Origin: an uncultured Flavobacteriales bacterium
Lineage (GTDB): Bacteria; Bacteroidota; Bacteroidia; Flavobacteriales_G; Salibacteraceae
Direction: 5' to 3'
NCBI GenBank assembly: GCA_943788725.1
Contig: CALSRJ010000001.1
Coordinates: 492,861-556,860 of the forward strand
DNA: 64,000 nt
Made by a program: the position numbers and the translations under genes. Position 1 is the stretch's first letter. The number at the start of each line of letters is the position of its first letter. Below, one piece after another: positions 28,043 to 37,056 of the stretch. The notes below the pieces were generated by a model. The model was given only the letters and a program-made list of their open reading frames with translations, searched no databases and was not told the origin of the DNA.

Positions 28043-29254
28043 ATGAGCAATGACACCAAAGAGATGATTCGCGTCCCTTACGGGATGACGGTTCACGGAG
28101 AAGAAGAGATCGAAGCCGTGGTTAACGTGCTCCGCACGAGCACCCAAATGGGCAAGAACGTCCGTGAGATGGAAGAACGAATCGCCAAGCTGTTTGACAA
28201 GCCTTATGGCATCATGCTCAACAGTGGGTCTTCGGCGAACTATCTGGCTGTTGAACTGATGAACCTTCCGGAAGGTAGCGAGGTCATCACCCCGGCCCTC
28301 ACCTTTTCTACTACTGTAGCACCGCTTGTGCGTAACAAACTCGTCCCTTCCTTCGTGGATGTAGAGTCGGGCACGTACAACATCGATACGGACAAAGTAG
28401 AGGCAATGATTACCGACAAGACGAAGGCCTTGATGATCCCAAACCTGATTGGTAACCTTCCGAACTGGGAAAAGCTGCGCGCTTTGGCAGATAAGTATAG
28501 TTTGTTCGTTATTGAAGACTCGGCAGACACCTTAGGTGCAACGATTAACGGCGAGAGCGCTGGAAAGTATTCAGATATGTCTGTCACTAGCTTTTACGGC
28601 TCTCATGTGATCAATTGTGCGGGTAACGGCGGTATGCTTACTGTGCGTGACAAGGATCATTTTGAACGCGGAAAGCTCCTGCGCTCATGGGGACGCTCCT
28701 CTAGCCTCTTCATTGAGTCTGAGACCATCGAGAATCGCTTCAATGTTGAAGTGGATGGAATTCCCTACGACAGCAAATTCATCTTCGCTGAGCCCGGCTA
28801 CAACATCGAGCCTTCAGAGATGGGAGCTGCCTTTGGATTGGTACAGCTCGGAAAGCTCGACCAGAACATCGTCGCTCGAGAGGAGAATTTCTCGGAGATG
28901 GCAGACTTTTTCAAGCAATACGAAGAGTGGTTCATCCTACCCAAACAATTGCCAAACAGTCGCACTGGATGGTTGGCATTGGCGCTTACATTGAGAGATG
29001 ACGCACCTTTCAGGCGATCTGAAATGCAGATTTTTCTCGAGAACAGAAACATCCAGACACGCACAGTCTTCACCGGAAACATCCTGCGGCAGCCAGGCTT
29101 TAAGGACGTAACCTGCAAGCGATCGAGCGACGGTTATGCGGAAGCAGATCGCGTAATGCGTGGTGGAATGCTGCTAGCTTGCCACCATGGCTTGACATCA
29201 GAAATGAAAGCGCATGTTAAGGAGCAGGTGACAGAATTTCTAGGTAAATTCTAA
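28043..29254 (+). CDS. DegT/RfbH-family PLP enzyme with His replacing the catalytic Lys: sugar-nucleotide 3-dehydratase (ColD/E1-like)
   Basis: 403 aa. SFYGSHVINCAGNGG aligns to the SFHxxK..GEGG box of aminotransferases, with His188 (codon 28604-28606) at the Lys position. The whole protein has only 3 Cys. Confidence 0.75.
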   Translation: MSNDTKEMIRVPYGMTVHGEEEIEAVVNVLRTSTQMGKNVREMEERIAKLFDKPYGIMLNSGSSANYLAVELMNLPEGSEVITPALTFSTTVAPLVRNKLVPSFVDVESGTYNIDTDKVEAMITDKTKALMIPNLIGNLPNWEKLRALADKYSLFVIEDSADTLGATINGESAGKYSDMSVTSFYGSHVINCAGNGGMLTVRDKDHFERGKLLRSWGRSSSLFIESETIENRFNVEVDGIPYDSKFIFAEPGYNIEPSEMGAAFGLVQLGKLDQNIVAREENFSEMADFFKQYEEWFILPKQLPNSRTGWLALALTLRDDAPFRRSEMQIFLENRNIQTRTVFTGNILRQPGFKDVTCKRSSDGYAEADRVMRGGMLLACHHGLTSEMKAHVKEQVTEFLGKF

Positions 29255-29275
29255 CGATAAAGCACATCATTGAAG

Positions 29276-29304
29276 AGGTGGAACTGTCGTTCCGCCTTTT
29301 TTTT
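29276..29304 (+). terminator. rho-independent terminator ending the polysaccharide operon
   Basis: Stem AGGTGGAAC / GTTCCGCCT (one G-U pair) with loop TGTC, followed by T8. Confidence 0.75.
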
Positions 29305-29332
29305 GCTCTTTTCTAAGAGGAAATTAAGGGGT

Positions 29333-29359
29333 AAAAAAAACCGGCCCTGAGAGGGCCGG
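29333..29359 (-). terminator. rho-independent terminator for the minus-strand transcript coming from the LytTR response-regulator/pgi side
   Basis: Perfect stem CCGGCCC / GGGCCGG with loop TGAGA. The A8 on the plus strand gives a T-run on the minus strand. Confidence 0.7.
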
Positions 29360-29511
29360 CTAGCAATTTAAAAAATCGCCATGCTACGGATTGAGGATTA
29401 TGTAGAAACCTTTCGGTTTGACTTTCTATCTCAAATATAGAATTAAATTTTACGAATGCCGTGCTGGGAAGCGTTCAATTGTTGCGAATGTTAGTTTTAC
29501 GTATGTGGGCT

Positions 29512-30189
29512 TCAAGCCTCGAGTTGAAGCAACACATCTTCCTTGTACGTACGAGAAATCGGCACCTCAAACTCCCCGAGTTGCATGCTTGTCTTACTGT
29601 GCGTTGTAATGAAATTCTTATTGACAACAAAGGATCGGTGCACACGGATGAAATCCTCATTGCAAAAGGATTCCGTAAAAGCCGTAAGGGATTGCCTAAC
29701 AAGGTATCGCTTAGAGGTAGTGTAGATTTCGATGTAGACGTTATCAGCTTTGGCTAAGATGATTTCGGCCGTCTTTATAACTATGTTTCTGTGTCCATCC
29801 TTGATCTTTATAGTGCCTTCCTTTTTTGGTGATAAGTGCATCAATGACATTTCAATGCCTGAATACAACTCTTCTTCAATAAATGGTTTTATAACGTAGG
29901 CACCAGGTTTAGTGACCTTTGCCAAGTCGATCGTGGCCTTGTCTGAATACGACGTCAGGAACATAAAAGGAATGTTCAAACTATTCGCCTTCTTGGCCAA
30001 CTCTATTCCTTCCGACCCATCCTTTAAATTAATATCGAATACTGCAAAACCTATTTCCTCCTCCTCCAAGAATCGCGCTGCTGCATGGTAGTTATAGGCG
30101 ACGAACGGAACATGATGCCCCATATCTTCCAGCATAACCCTTACCATTTCGGCGATTAAGCTTTCGTCTTCCACAACTAATATATTCAT
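29512..30189 (-). CDS. orphan LytR/AlgR-family response regulator (REC + LytTR)
   Basis: The track start at 30201 is TTG and the ATG is at 30189 (MNILVVEDESLIAEM). Acceptor context AVFDINL. LytTR region includes ILAKADNVYIEIYTTSKRYLVRQSL...FIRVHRSFVVN. No kinase gene is adjacent. Confidence 0.85.
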   Translation of the reverse strand: MNILVVEDESLIAEMVRVMLEDMGHHVPFVAYNYHAAARFLEEEEIGFAVFDINLKDGSEGIELAKKANSLNIPFMFLTSYSDKATIDLAKVTKPGAYVIKPFIEEELYSGIEMSLMHLSPKKEGTIKIKDGHRNIVIKTAEIILAKADNVYIEIYTTSKRYLVRQSLTAFTESFCNEDFIRVHRSFVVNKNFITTHSKTSMQLGEFEVPISRTYKEDVLLQLEA

Positions 30190-30214
30190 CGGTGTTGCCA
30201 AGTTTCCCTCTCTT

Positions 30215-31870
30215 TTACGACGAACGATTTGTAAAGTTCTGCATTGCCAGAATCAATCCTCGCGTGCTCGCATCTAAGTCGTCTACCTCGGTGCGGTCTA
30301 AAATATTTTTCAGCACAGGCTTAGCCAACTCCTTCCCAAGTTCAACACCCCACTGATCAAAACTGTATACATTGAGCAGCAAGCCTTCAATCAAGATCTT
30401 ATGCTCATAGATGGCAATCAACTGACCAAGGCTACGCGGCGTCAATCGATCAAAGAGGAGCGTGGTAGTAGGTATGTTTCCTTTAAACACCTTATAAGGC
30501 AACAAGGCATCGATTTGAACGCTATCCATTCCAGACGCGACCAACTCTTTTCGCACCGTGACCTCGTCCTTTCCTTGCATCAACGCCATGCCCTGCGCAA
30601 AGCAGTTGGCCATCAGTTTATGGTGGTGGTCGCCCGTTGGATTCAGCGACTGTGCAAAGGCAATGAAGTCACACGGTATCAGCTTAGTCCCTTGGTGAAT
30701 TAACTGATAGAATGCGTGCTGACCGTTTGTACCGGGCTCCCCCCAAATGATCGAACCCGTTTCGTGCGTGGTCCTCTTCCCGTTGCGATCTACAGCTTTT
30801 CCATTGCTCTCCATATCCGCTTGCTGCAAAAAGGCCGGAAAGCGGTGAAGGTATTGGTCGTAAGGAAGAACGGCGTGGGTCTCCACTCCAAAAAAGTTCC
30901 CATACCAGACACTCAACATGGCGAGAATACCCGAAACGCTTTCAACACCCTCTTCCTGAACGCGCTCGTCTTCTTCATATGCTCCCTCAAGAAGGGCCTC
31001 AAAGTGATCTGGACCAACCGCAAGCATGATCGATAAACCAATTGCACTCCACAGGGAATAGCGTCCGCCTACCCAATCCCAAAAGGGGAACATATGGGCC
31101 AGGTCAATCCCAAAATCCTCCACGGCTGAGCGGTTCGTGGACAAAGCAACCATTTGCTTGGAGATACAATCCTCATCGCCCAAATGCGCTATCAGCCAGG
31201 CACGTGCAGATCGCGCATTGGTCATCGTCTCCTGTGTAGTAAACGTCTTGGAAGCAATGATGAAAAGCGTCGTTTCGGGATCCAACCCTTTGCACTGCTC
31301 TACCAAATGCGTAGCGTCTACGTTAGAAACAAAACGCACGTCGAGTCGGTTTGCGTAATGCTTCAATGCTTCAACTACCATGTAGGGCCCTAAGTCAGAC
31401 CCTCCGATACCGATGTTGACGACCGTCTCTATCGGCCTTCCGGTAAAGCCCTTATGTTCGCCACAGATCACGCGATATGCGAAAGCTTGCATCTGCGCGA
31501 GCACTTCTTGCACAGCGGGCATCACGTTCTCGCCATCCACATAGACAGGCGATGCCGAGCGATTCCGCAAGGCAGAATGCAACACAGCCCTGTGCTCCGT
31601 CTCATTGATGGCCGCGCCTACAAACATGGCTTTGATCCCCTCCTCTACTTCACACTCCTGCGCCAAAGAGCGCAGCAAGGCCATCGTTTCTTCGGTGACC
31701 CTATTCTTGCTGAAATCCAACAATAGATTTTCACGCTGAACAGAGAACCGCTCGAATCGGCTCGAGTCTTCTTCAAAGAGGTCTCGCATCTGAAGCGCTT
31801 TCACATCTTCAAAATGTGCCTTCAGGCGTTTCCAGCTGAGGGTCGAGGTTGGATCAATTTTCGGAATCAT
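30215..31870 (-). CDS. pgi: glucose-6-phosphate isomerase
   Basis: ORF 30215..31903. The ATG at 31870 gives [20 protein letters not shown], which aligns with the E. coli Pgi N-terminus. [11 protein letters not shown] and [11 protein letters not shown] motifs. Confidence 0.93.
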   Translation of the reverse strand: MIPKIDPTSTLSWKRLKAHFEDVKALQMRDLFEEDSSRFERFSVQRENLLLDFSKNRVTEETMALLRSLAQECEVEEGIKAMFVGAAINETEHRAVLHSALRNRSASPVYVDGENVMPAVQEVLAQMQAFAYRVICGEHKGFTGRPIETVVNIGIGGSDLGPYMVVEALKHYANRLDVRFVSNVDATHLVEQCKGLDPETTLFIIASKTFTTQETMTNARSARAWLIAHLGDEDCISKQMVALSTNRSAVEDFGIDLAHMFPFWDWVGGRYSLWSAIGLSIMLAVGPDHFEALLEGAYEEDERVQEEGVESVSGILAMLSVWYGNFFGVETHAVLPYDQYLHRFPAFLQQADMESNGKAVDRNGKRTTHETGSIIWGEPGTNGQHAFYQLIHQGTKLIPCDFIAFAQSLNPTGDHHHKLMANCFAQGMALMQGKDEVTVRKELVASGMDSVQIDALLPYKVFKGNIPTTTLLFDRLTPRSLGQLIAIYEHKILIEGLLLNVYSFDQWGVELGKELAKPVLKNILDRTEVDDLDASTRGLILAMQNFTNRSS

Positions 31871-31936
31871 ATGCGGATAGCAAGAATAAAAAAAGCCCCG
31901 CAATCACTTGCAGGACTTCTCCATTAATCATTTTTA

Positions 31937-33190
31937 TCAGGCCTCCAACTCATGGATGAAGAGACCACTTCTCAGCTTCGGCTCAAACCATGTCACTTTA
32001 GGCGGCATGATGAGGTCCGCATCGCTGATGTCGATGAGCTGTTGCATAGAAACAGGGTACATCGCAAAAGCGACTTTCATATCCCCCGCATTCACTCGCT
32101 TTTCGAGCTCACCCAATCCGCGAATACCACCTACAAAGTCGACGCGCTTATCGCGTCGAAGGTCTACAATGCCAAACAATGGCTCCAGTACCTGCTTCGA
32201 AAGAATGGTGACATCCAACACACCAACCGGATCGTTGTCGTCATACGTGGCCTCCTTTGCCGTGAGCTTGTACCATGATCCATTCAAGTACATGCCAATG
32301 GTATGCAGTTTCTCTGGACGGTATTGCCCACTTTGCTTTTCCACGGAGAAGCTGGAAGATAATCTCTCCAACAAGTCTTCTTCGCTCATTCCATTGAGGT
32401 CCTTCACCACACGGTTGTAGTCGATGATTTTCAGCTGATTGTCAGGGAAAAGTACCGCCATGAAGTAGTTGTATCGGCCTCCGTCGTTTGCGTTCCCGCC
32501 CACTTTCTCTCGAAACTCTTGCCCCACCAATGCTCCTGCAGCGGTCCTGTGGTGTCCATCTGCAACGTAAATAGACGGCACCTGAGCGTCGAACAACTGC
32601 TCGAAGCGAGCATTCTTCTCTGCACCCTCCACAATCCACAGGGTATGCTGAATACCGTCGACAGTGGTGATGTCATATACCGGAGAAGCTCCTTGCTTCA
32701 CCTCATCGATCATCGCGTCGATCTCGTTGACATGTGGGTAAGAAAAAAACACGGGTTCGGCATTCATCTCTCCGTAACGCACATGGTTTTTACGATCTTC
32801 CTCCTTGTCTGGACGCGTCAATTCATGCTTCTTGATCACGTTGTTGAAGTAATCATCAATTGTACAGCAACCAACGATTCCGGTCTGTTTGTGACCGTCC
32901 ATGATCAACTGGTAGACATAGAAATGCTCGGATGCATCTTTGACGAGAATTCCGTTCTCTTTCAGAAGATCATAGTTCTCACGCCCTTTCTTATAAACGG
33001 ACTCATCGTAGGGGTTGTGGTCGTCTTGAAAGTCGATCTCAGGCTTGATGACGTGATAAAAGGAGACTGGATTCCCAGCGGCTTCCTCTCTCGCTTCCGC
33101 CGTATTCAAGACGTCGTACGGACGGCAAGCCACATCCTTCACTTTATCTGTGGTTGGACGGACTGCCTTGAATGGTTTTAATATACTCAT
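31937..33190 (-). CDS. DUF1015 domain-containing protein
   Basis: 417 aa. MSILKPFKAVRPTTDKVKDVACRPYDVLNTAEAREEAAGNPVSFYHV and YVADGHHR match the DUF1015 family as I recall it. Confidence 0.8.
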   Translation of the reverse strand: MSILKPFKAVRPTTDKVKDVACRPYDVLNTAEAREEAAGNPVSFYHVIKPEIDFQDDHNPYDESVYKKGRENYDLLKENGILVKDASEHFYVYQLIMDGHKQTGIVGCCTIDDYFNNVIKKHELTRPDKEEDRKNHVRYGEMNAEPVFFSYPHVNEIDAMIDEVKQGASPVYDITTVDGIQHTLWIVEGAEKNARFEQLFDAQVPSIYVADGHHRTAAGALVGQEFREKVGGNANDGGRYNYFMAVLFPDNQLKIIDYNRVVKDLNGMSEEDLLERLSSSFSVEKQSGQYRPEKLHTIGMYLNGSWYKLTAKEATYDDNDPVGVLDVTILSKQVLEPLFGIVDLRRDKRVDFVGGIRGLGELEKRVNAGDMKVAFAMYPVSMQQLIDISDADLIMPPKVTWFEPKLRSGLFIHELEA

Positions 33191-33213
33191 GGTAAGGGTT
33201 TAAAGGTGATTGC

Positions 33214-34170
33214 CTATTTCAATAGGTTGATGATCTGGTCTGCCAGTTCTTCGCCAATGCGGTCTTGGGCCTCGACTGTGCTTCCTCCAACGTGGGGAGT
33301 TGCCAATACACGCGCATGGGCCAAAACATCTTCACGCGCATTCGGTTCGCCAACAAAAACATCTAGGGCTGCGGATTTTACTTTTCCACTATCTAAGGCC
33401 GCCAAGAGGGCATCCTCGTCAATAGAGCCCCCGCGAGAAGTATTGATCAGACAAACGCCATCTTTTAGTTTTTCAAATTCAGCCGTTCCAATCACAGCCG
33501 ATCCGTCTGCTTGCTTCGGCACGTGCAGGCTGATGTAATCCGATTGCATGAGGACTTCTTCCATCGATGAGCGATTCAAGGTCACTTTCACCGTCTGCCC
33601 AGCAATCTCCAATTCAACGTCGGTAGTAGCCTTAGCCCCACGCGTGGTGTACATCACGTTCATTCCACAGCCCAGTGCATATTTTGCCAAGGCCTGACCA
33701 ATGCCTCCAAAACCAATCACACCTAGGGTCTTTCCTCTGAGTTCGGTTCCTTTGCCATATGCCTTTTTCAAAGACTTGAATTGAGCCCCATCCGCTCCGG
33801 GCATGTTGCGCGCGGCATCATAGGTGAAGCGGGCCATAGAAAACATATTGCCGATCGCCAATTCCGCCACCGACTGCGAACTCGCGGCGGGTGTGTTGAT
33901 GACGTGAAGCCCTTTATCTAGGCCGTATTGCACGTCGATGTTGTCCATTCCGACACCACCACGTCCGATCAATTTGAGGTTGGGACACGCGTCCATATGC
34001 TCCTTTCGCACTTGCGTTGCACTGCGGACCAGTACGCCTATGAATCCACCGTCGTTGATACCTTGCGCAAGGTTTTCTTGGTCTACTTTATCCGTTACGA
34101 CTTCAATGCCGTTGGCTTCTAGTTTTTGCTTTCCGGCATTAGAAATGCCATCGTTCGCGAGAATTCTCAT
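33214..34170 (-). CDS. serA: D-3-phosphoglycerate dehydrogenase (short form without ACT domain) / D-2-hydroxyacid dehydrogenase
   Basis: 318 aa. GVIGFGGIGQALA Rossmann motif. SLHVP...NTSRGG...HVGGST catalytic motifs. Sits near serC. Confidence 0.85.
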   Translation of the reverse strand: MRILANDGISNAGKQKLEANGIEVVTDKVDQENLAQGINDGGFIGVLVRSATQVRKEHMDACPNLKLIGRGGVGMDNIDVQYGLDKGLHVINTPAASSQSVAELAIGNMFSMARFTYDAARNMPGADGAQFKSLKKAYGKGTELRGKTLGVIGFGGIGQALAKYALGCGMNVMYTTRGAKATTDVELEIAGQTVKVTLNRSSMEEVLMQSDYISLHVPKQADGSAVIGTAEFEKLKDGVCLINTSRGGSIDEDALLAALDSGKVKSAALDVFVGEPNAREDVLAHARVLATPHVGGSTVEAQDRIGEELADQIINLLK

Positions 34171-34199
34171 GTGTTTGTGGTTTGTGAAAGGTGTGAACG

Positions 34200-34730
34200 T
34201 TATTCTTCGATTTCCGCCTCAGCGGCTTCTTTAAAGCTTTCGATGACGCCGAGCATGCGAGCATGCATCTCTTCCTCTAGGCTTTTGGTAGCTGCTGATT
34301 TGATCTCGCTCAACAGGTCATCGTGGTTTTCTTCTCTGTTTTTATGATCGATCTCCAAGGCCTTATAATGGAAATCGTTGATCCAATAGGCATAGCTCTT
34401 CCGCTCCGTATCGAACTTGAGGTGGTAGCGAATGGATCGATCTTTATGGGTTCTATTCACACCGAAGTGCATCTCAACCAATTGCTCGGTTACATCGATC
34501 TCCACAAATCGCTCCGTTGAGTCGTCAATAGCAACATGGAGTGCCATTGCATCTGCGAAGTATTCGGTGCCCCACTTTCCGAGTCGTTTTACCAAGTCGC
34601 CCGCCCCTGCACGGCGCACATCTGCCTCGCCGGTGTACTCGAACTCCTTGTCGTCGTTCTTCGGCATTTGCGCGAACAACGATTGACCCATGAGCAGTAG
34701 CAAAGTAAAAAGTGTGATCTGTAATCTCAT
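34200..34730 (-). CDS. small secreted protein, possibly DUF4468-like
   Basis: The track start at 34739 is TTG. The ATG at 34730 gives MRLQITLFTLLLLMGQSLFAQ, a signal peptide. The start lies 1 nt after the serC stop. The family assignment is tentative. Confidence 0.6.
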   Translation of the reverse strand: MRLQITLFTLLLLMGQSLFAQMPKNDDKEFEYTGEADVRRAGAGDLVKRLGKWGTEYFADAMALHVAIDDSTERFVEIDVTEQLVEMHFGVNRTHKDRSIRYHLKFDTERKSYAYWINDFHYKALEIDHKNREENHDDLLSEIKSAATKSLEEEMHARMLGVIESFKEAAEAEIEE

Positions 34731-34731
34731 T

Positions 34732-35811
34732 TTATCCAACGTTTAATTCAAAGGTCTTCATTACTTCAACCAATGCATCAATGCTTTGCTGAGGAAGGGC
34801 GTTGTACATGCTTGCTCGGAATCCTCCGACAGATCGGTGTCCCTTGATACCACTGATATTGGCCTCTTTACACATATCCAAGAAGCGTTGGTTCAAAGAT
34901 TCGTCGAGTCCGTCATTCAATAAAAAGCAACCGTTCATGAGCGATCGATCTTCTATCGCTGCCGTTCCTTTGAACATTGCATTGCGATCGATTTCGTTGT
35001 AAAGGGTATCCGCCTTTTTTTGGTTGTTTGCTCCGATCGTCGCCAAACCCGTTTTCTTGATCCATCGCAACACGAGCATGCTCACGTACACAGCAAAAAC
35101 AGGAGGCGTATTAAACATCGACTCTTTTTCCGCGTGAATCTTGAGGTCGAGCATCGTAGGGATGTCCAACGAAGACTTGCCGATGGCATCCTTTTTCACG
35201 ATGTAGAGTGTGGTGCCTGCTGGTCCCATGTTCTTCTGGGCGCCAGCGTAAATCAGGTCAAACTTTGAAGCATCCAGCTCGCGACAAAAGATATCCGAAG
35301 ACATATCGCAGACAAGGGGAGCATCTGTTTCTGGCACACCGTGAAACTGGGTTCCGAAAATGGTGTTGTTAGAAGTGTAGTGCAAGTAATCGCTTCCCGA
35401 TGGTACGGTATATCCTTTCGGTATGTAGTTGAAGTTCTGATCAGCTGAAGAACCTACTTCAACTGCTCCGCTAAGCCACTTTGCTTCCTTGAATGCTTTC
35501 TTCGCCCAAGTACCTGTAGTGATATAGGCAGGTCGCTTATTGTCACGCATCATGTTGTACCCACTCATCAGAAAGCCAAGACTGGCTCCTCCTTGAAGGA
35601 ACAGCACTTCGTAATCATCCCCCAAGCCATAGATGTCTTTAACGAGCTGACAAGCCTCGTCCATCACGGCGACGAAATCCTTGCTTCGGTGACTCATCTC
35701 TAGGATAGAGAGACCGGTGCCATTGAAGTCGAGCACCGCTTGGGATGCCTCTTGAAATACCTCTTGTGGTAAGATGCTGGGGCCAGCACTGAAGTTGTGA
35801 ACCTTTGCCAT
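34732..35811 (-). CDS. serC: 3-phosphoserine aminotransferase
   Basis: 359 aa. NFSAGPSILPQEVFQEA...LEMSHRSKDF and AGAQKNMGPAG match SerC. Confidence 0.93.
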   Translation of the reverse strand: MAKVHNFSAGPSILPQEVFQEASQAVLDFNGTGLSILEMSHRSKDFVAVMDEACQLVKDIYGLGDDYEVLFLQGGASLGFLMSGYNMMRDNKRPAYITTGTWAKKAFKEAKWLSGAVEVGSSADQNFNYIPKGYTVPSGSDYLHYTSNNTIFGTQFHGVPETDAPLVCDMSSDIFCRELDASKFDLIYAGAQKNMGPAGTTLYIVKKDAIGKSSLDIPTMLDLKIHAEKESMFNTPPVFAVYVSMLVLRWIKKTGLATIGANNQKKADTLYNEIDRNAMFKGTAAIEDRSLMNGCFLLNDGLDESLNQRFLDMCKEANISGIKGHRSVGGFRASMYNALPQQSIDALVEVMKTFELNVG

Positions 35812-35904
35812 TGTAGTTTGATTTTAACGCGACGAAATTGTGAAATTTTTGCCGGACTGCGTAGCATTTCAGCCACCTTCGGCAATTAAATCAAGCTGGG
35901 GTCA

Positions 35905-36351
35905 TCAGTCAGACCTTCTCACTTCGATCAATGTGCTTCCGAATGGCGAGGTTAAAACAGGATCCAAACGGATGGAAATCAACTCCACCAGCACCTCCCC
36001 TTCGCCCGCATAGCCAATACCATCATAGCTTTGTTCAGGAATAGCAAAGCGCGATTCATCGTCAAAATCGAGGATTAGACCCAAAGAATCTGCCCGCATT
36101 TGATCAGGGGTTTCTCCGATGACAAGGTGAAATCCGATGCGCACCGTTCCGGTATCGTTTGTAGCCGTTCCGCGGTAGTATCCAACATAGGAACTAAGGG
36201 AACTACGATCACAGCGGTCTCCTTCGTACCAAAGATCACAGGTACAAGACTTCTTTACGCACGTGCCATTCACGCAACCATCACGGCATCGGTTGCACGC
36301 ACTCCACTGGATCGCAAACAAGGCCAATATAATTGTGAAAACAGCGCGCAT
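35905..36351 (-). CDS. small lipoprotein with an EGF-like Cys-rich module
   Basis: 148 aa. A signal ending IQWSAC, then CNRCRDGCVNGTCVKKSCTCDLWYEGDRCD, an EGF-type cysteine pattern. Confidence 0.6.
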   Translation of the reverse strand: MRAVFTIILALFAIQWSACNRCRDGCVNGTCVKKSCTCDLWYEGDRCDRSSLSSYVGYYRGTATNDTGTVRIGFHLVIGETPDQMRADSLGLILDFDDESRFAIPEQSYDGIGYAGEGEVLVELISIRLDPVLTSPFGSTLIEVRRSD

Positions 36352-36403
36352 ATGGTCTTTAGACGTAGCTCCTCTAAATAAGTGCGCCGTAAAGATGCAT
36401 CAT

Positions 36404-37024
36404 TCACCTTTCAAGATGGAAGGCATGCAACAACACTTCGACCAGTTCAGTTTGAATCGCCTGCTGCTTATCCCTCGCATACCAAAGTTGCAGTTCCTTA
36501 GTCAATGCACTGTAGGGTTGTTTCGGCGCTTTCATCGCTTTGTAAGCCATTGCTTTTGTCTGTGCAACTGATGGCCGTGGACCAAAGCTTCCCAAGACGT
36601 CAAAGGATTGTTTATCCAAGACCAGCGTAATTGGAATGGAACGCCCCCCTTCGGTCATATGCTCGTCCATGATTTGTGGGTTGTCGTCACGCAGCAAATA
36701 GCGCGATGCTATGCCCGTTGCTTTCGACAAAGCCTCTACTACAGGGACAATCTGGGCTGCATCTCCGCACCAACCCTCGGTTAAAGTCAGCAGCTGTACC
36801 TGACCTGCTGCACTTTTCATCTGTTCTACTACTCCCGGGGTGGGTCGGAAAGTCTTACCAATCCTGTTCATCCGATGCACGTTTAACTGTGTGAAAGCTA
36901 CGAGGCTTTCGGATTGCTCTTTGCCTGTGGTCTTATCAGCTGCCAACAAATCATCGATCAGCGAACGGTATTCCGCATAATCCATGGCCTGCTCCCAGCC
37001 TTGTTTGTACAATTGTGTTTTCAT
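36404..37024 (-). CDS. thioredoxin-fold family protein (WCGD single-Cys motif)
   Basis: ORF 36404..37042 has a GTG track start. The ATG at 37024 gives MKTQLYKQGW. LTLTEGWCGDAAQIVPVV is thioredoxin-like with only the first Cys. Confidence 0.7.
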   Translation of the reverse strand: MKTQLYKQGWEQAMDYAEYRSLIDDLLAADKTTGKEQSESLVAFTQLNVHRMNRIGKTFRPTPGVVEQMKSAAGQVQLLTLTEGWCGDAAQIVPVVEALSKATGIASRYLLRDDNPQIMDEHMTEGGRSIPITLVLDKQSFDVLGSFGPRPSVAQTKAMAYKAMKAPKQPYSALTKELQLWYARDKQQAIQTELVEVLLHAFHLER

Positions 37025-37056
37025 GCTCCTAGTGACGCACACCTCGCACCTTCCTT

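Noticed and set aside
32519-33181. 220-aa plus-strand ORF.
   Set aside because: Antisense to the DUF1015 gene, which has clear family-like sequence. Probably a spurious open frame.
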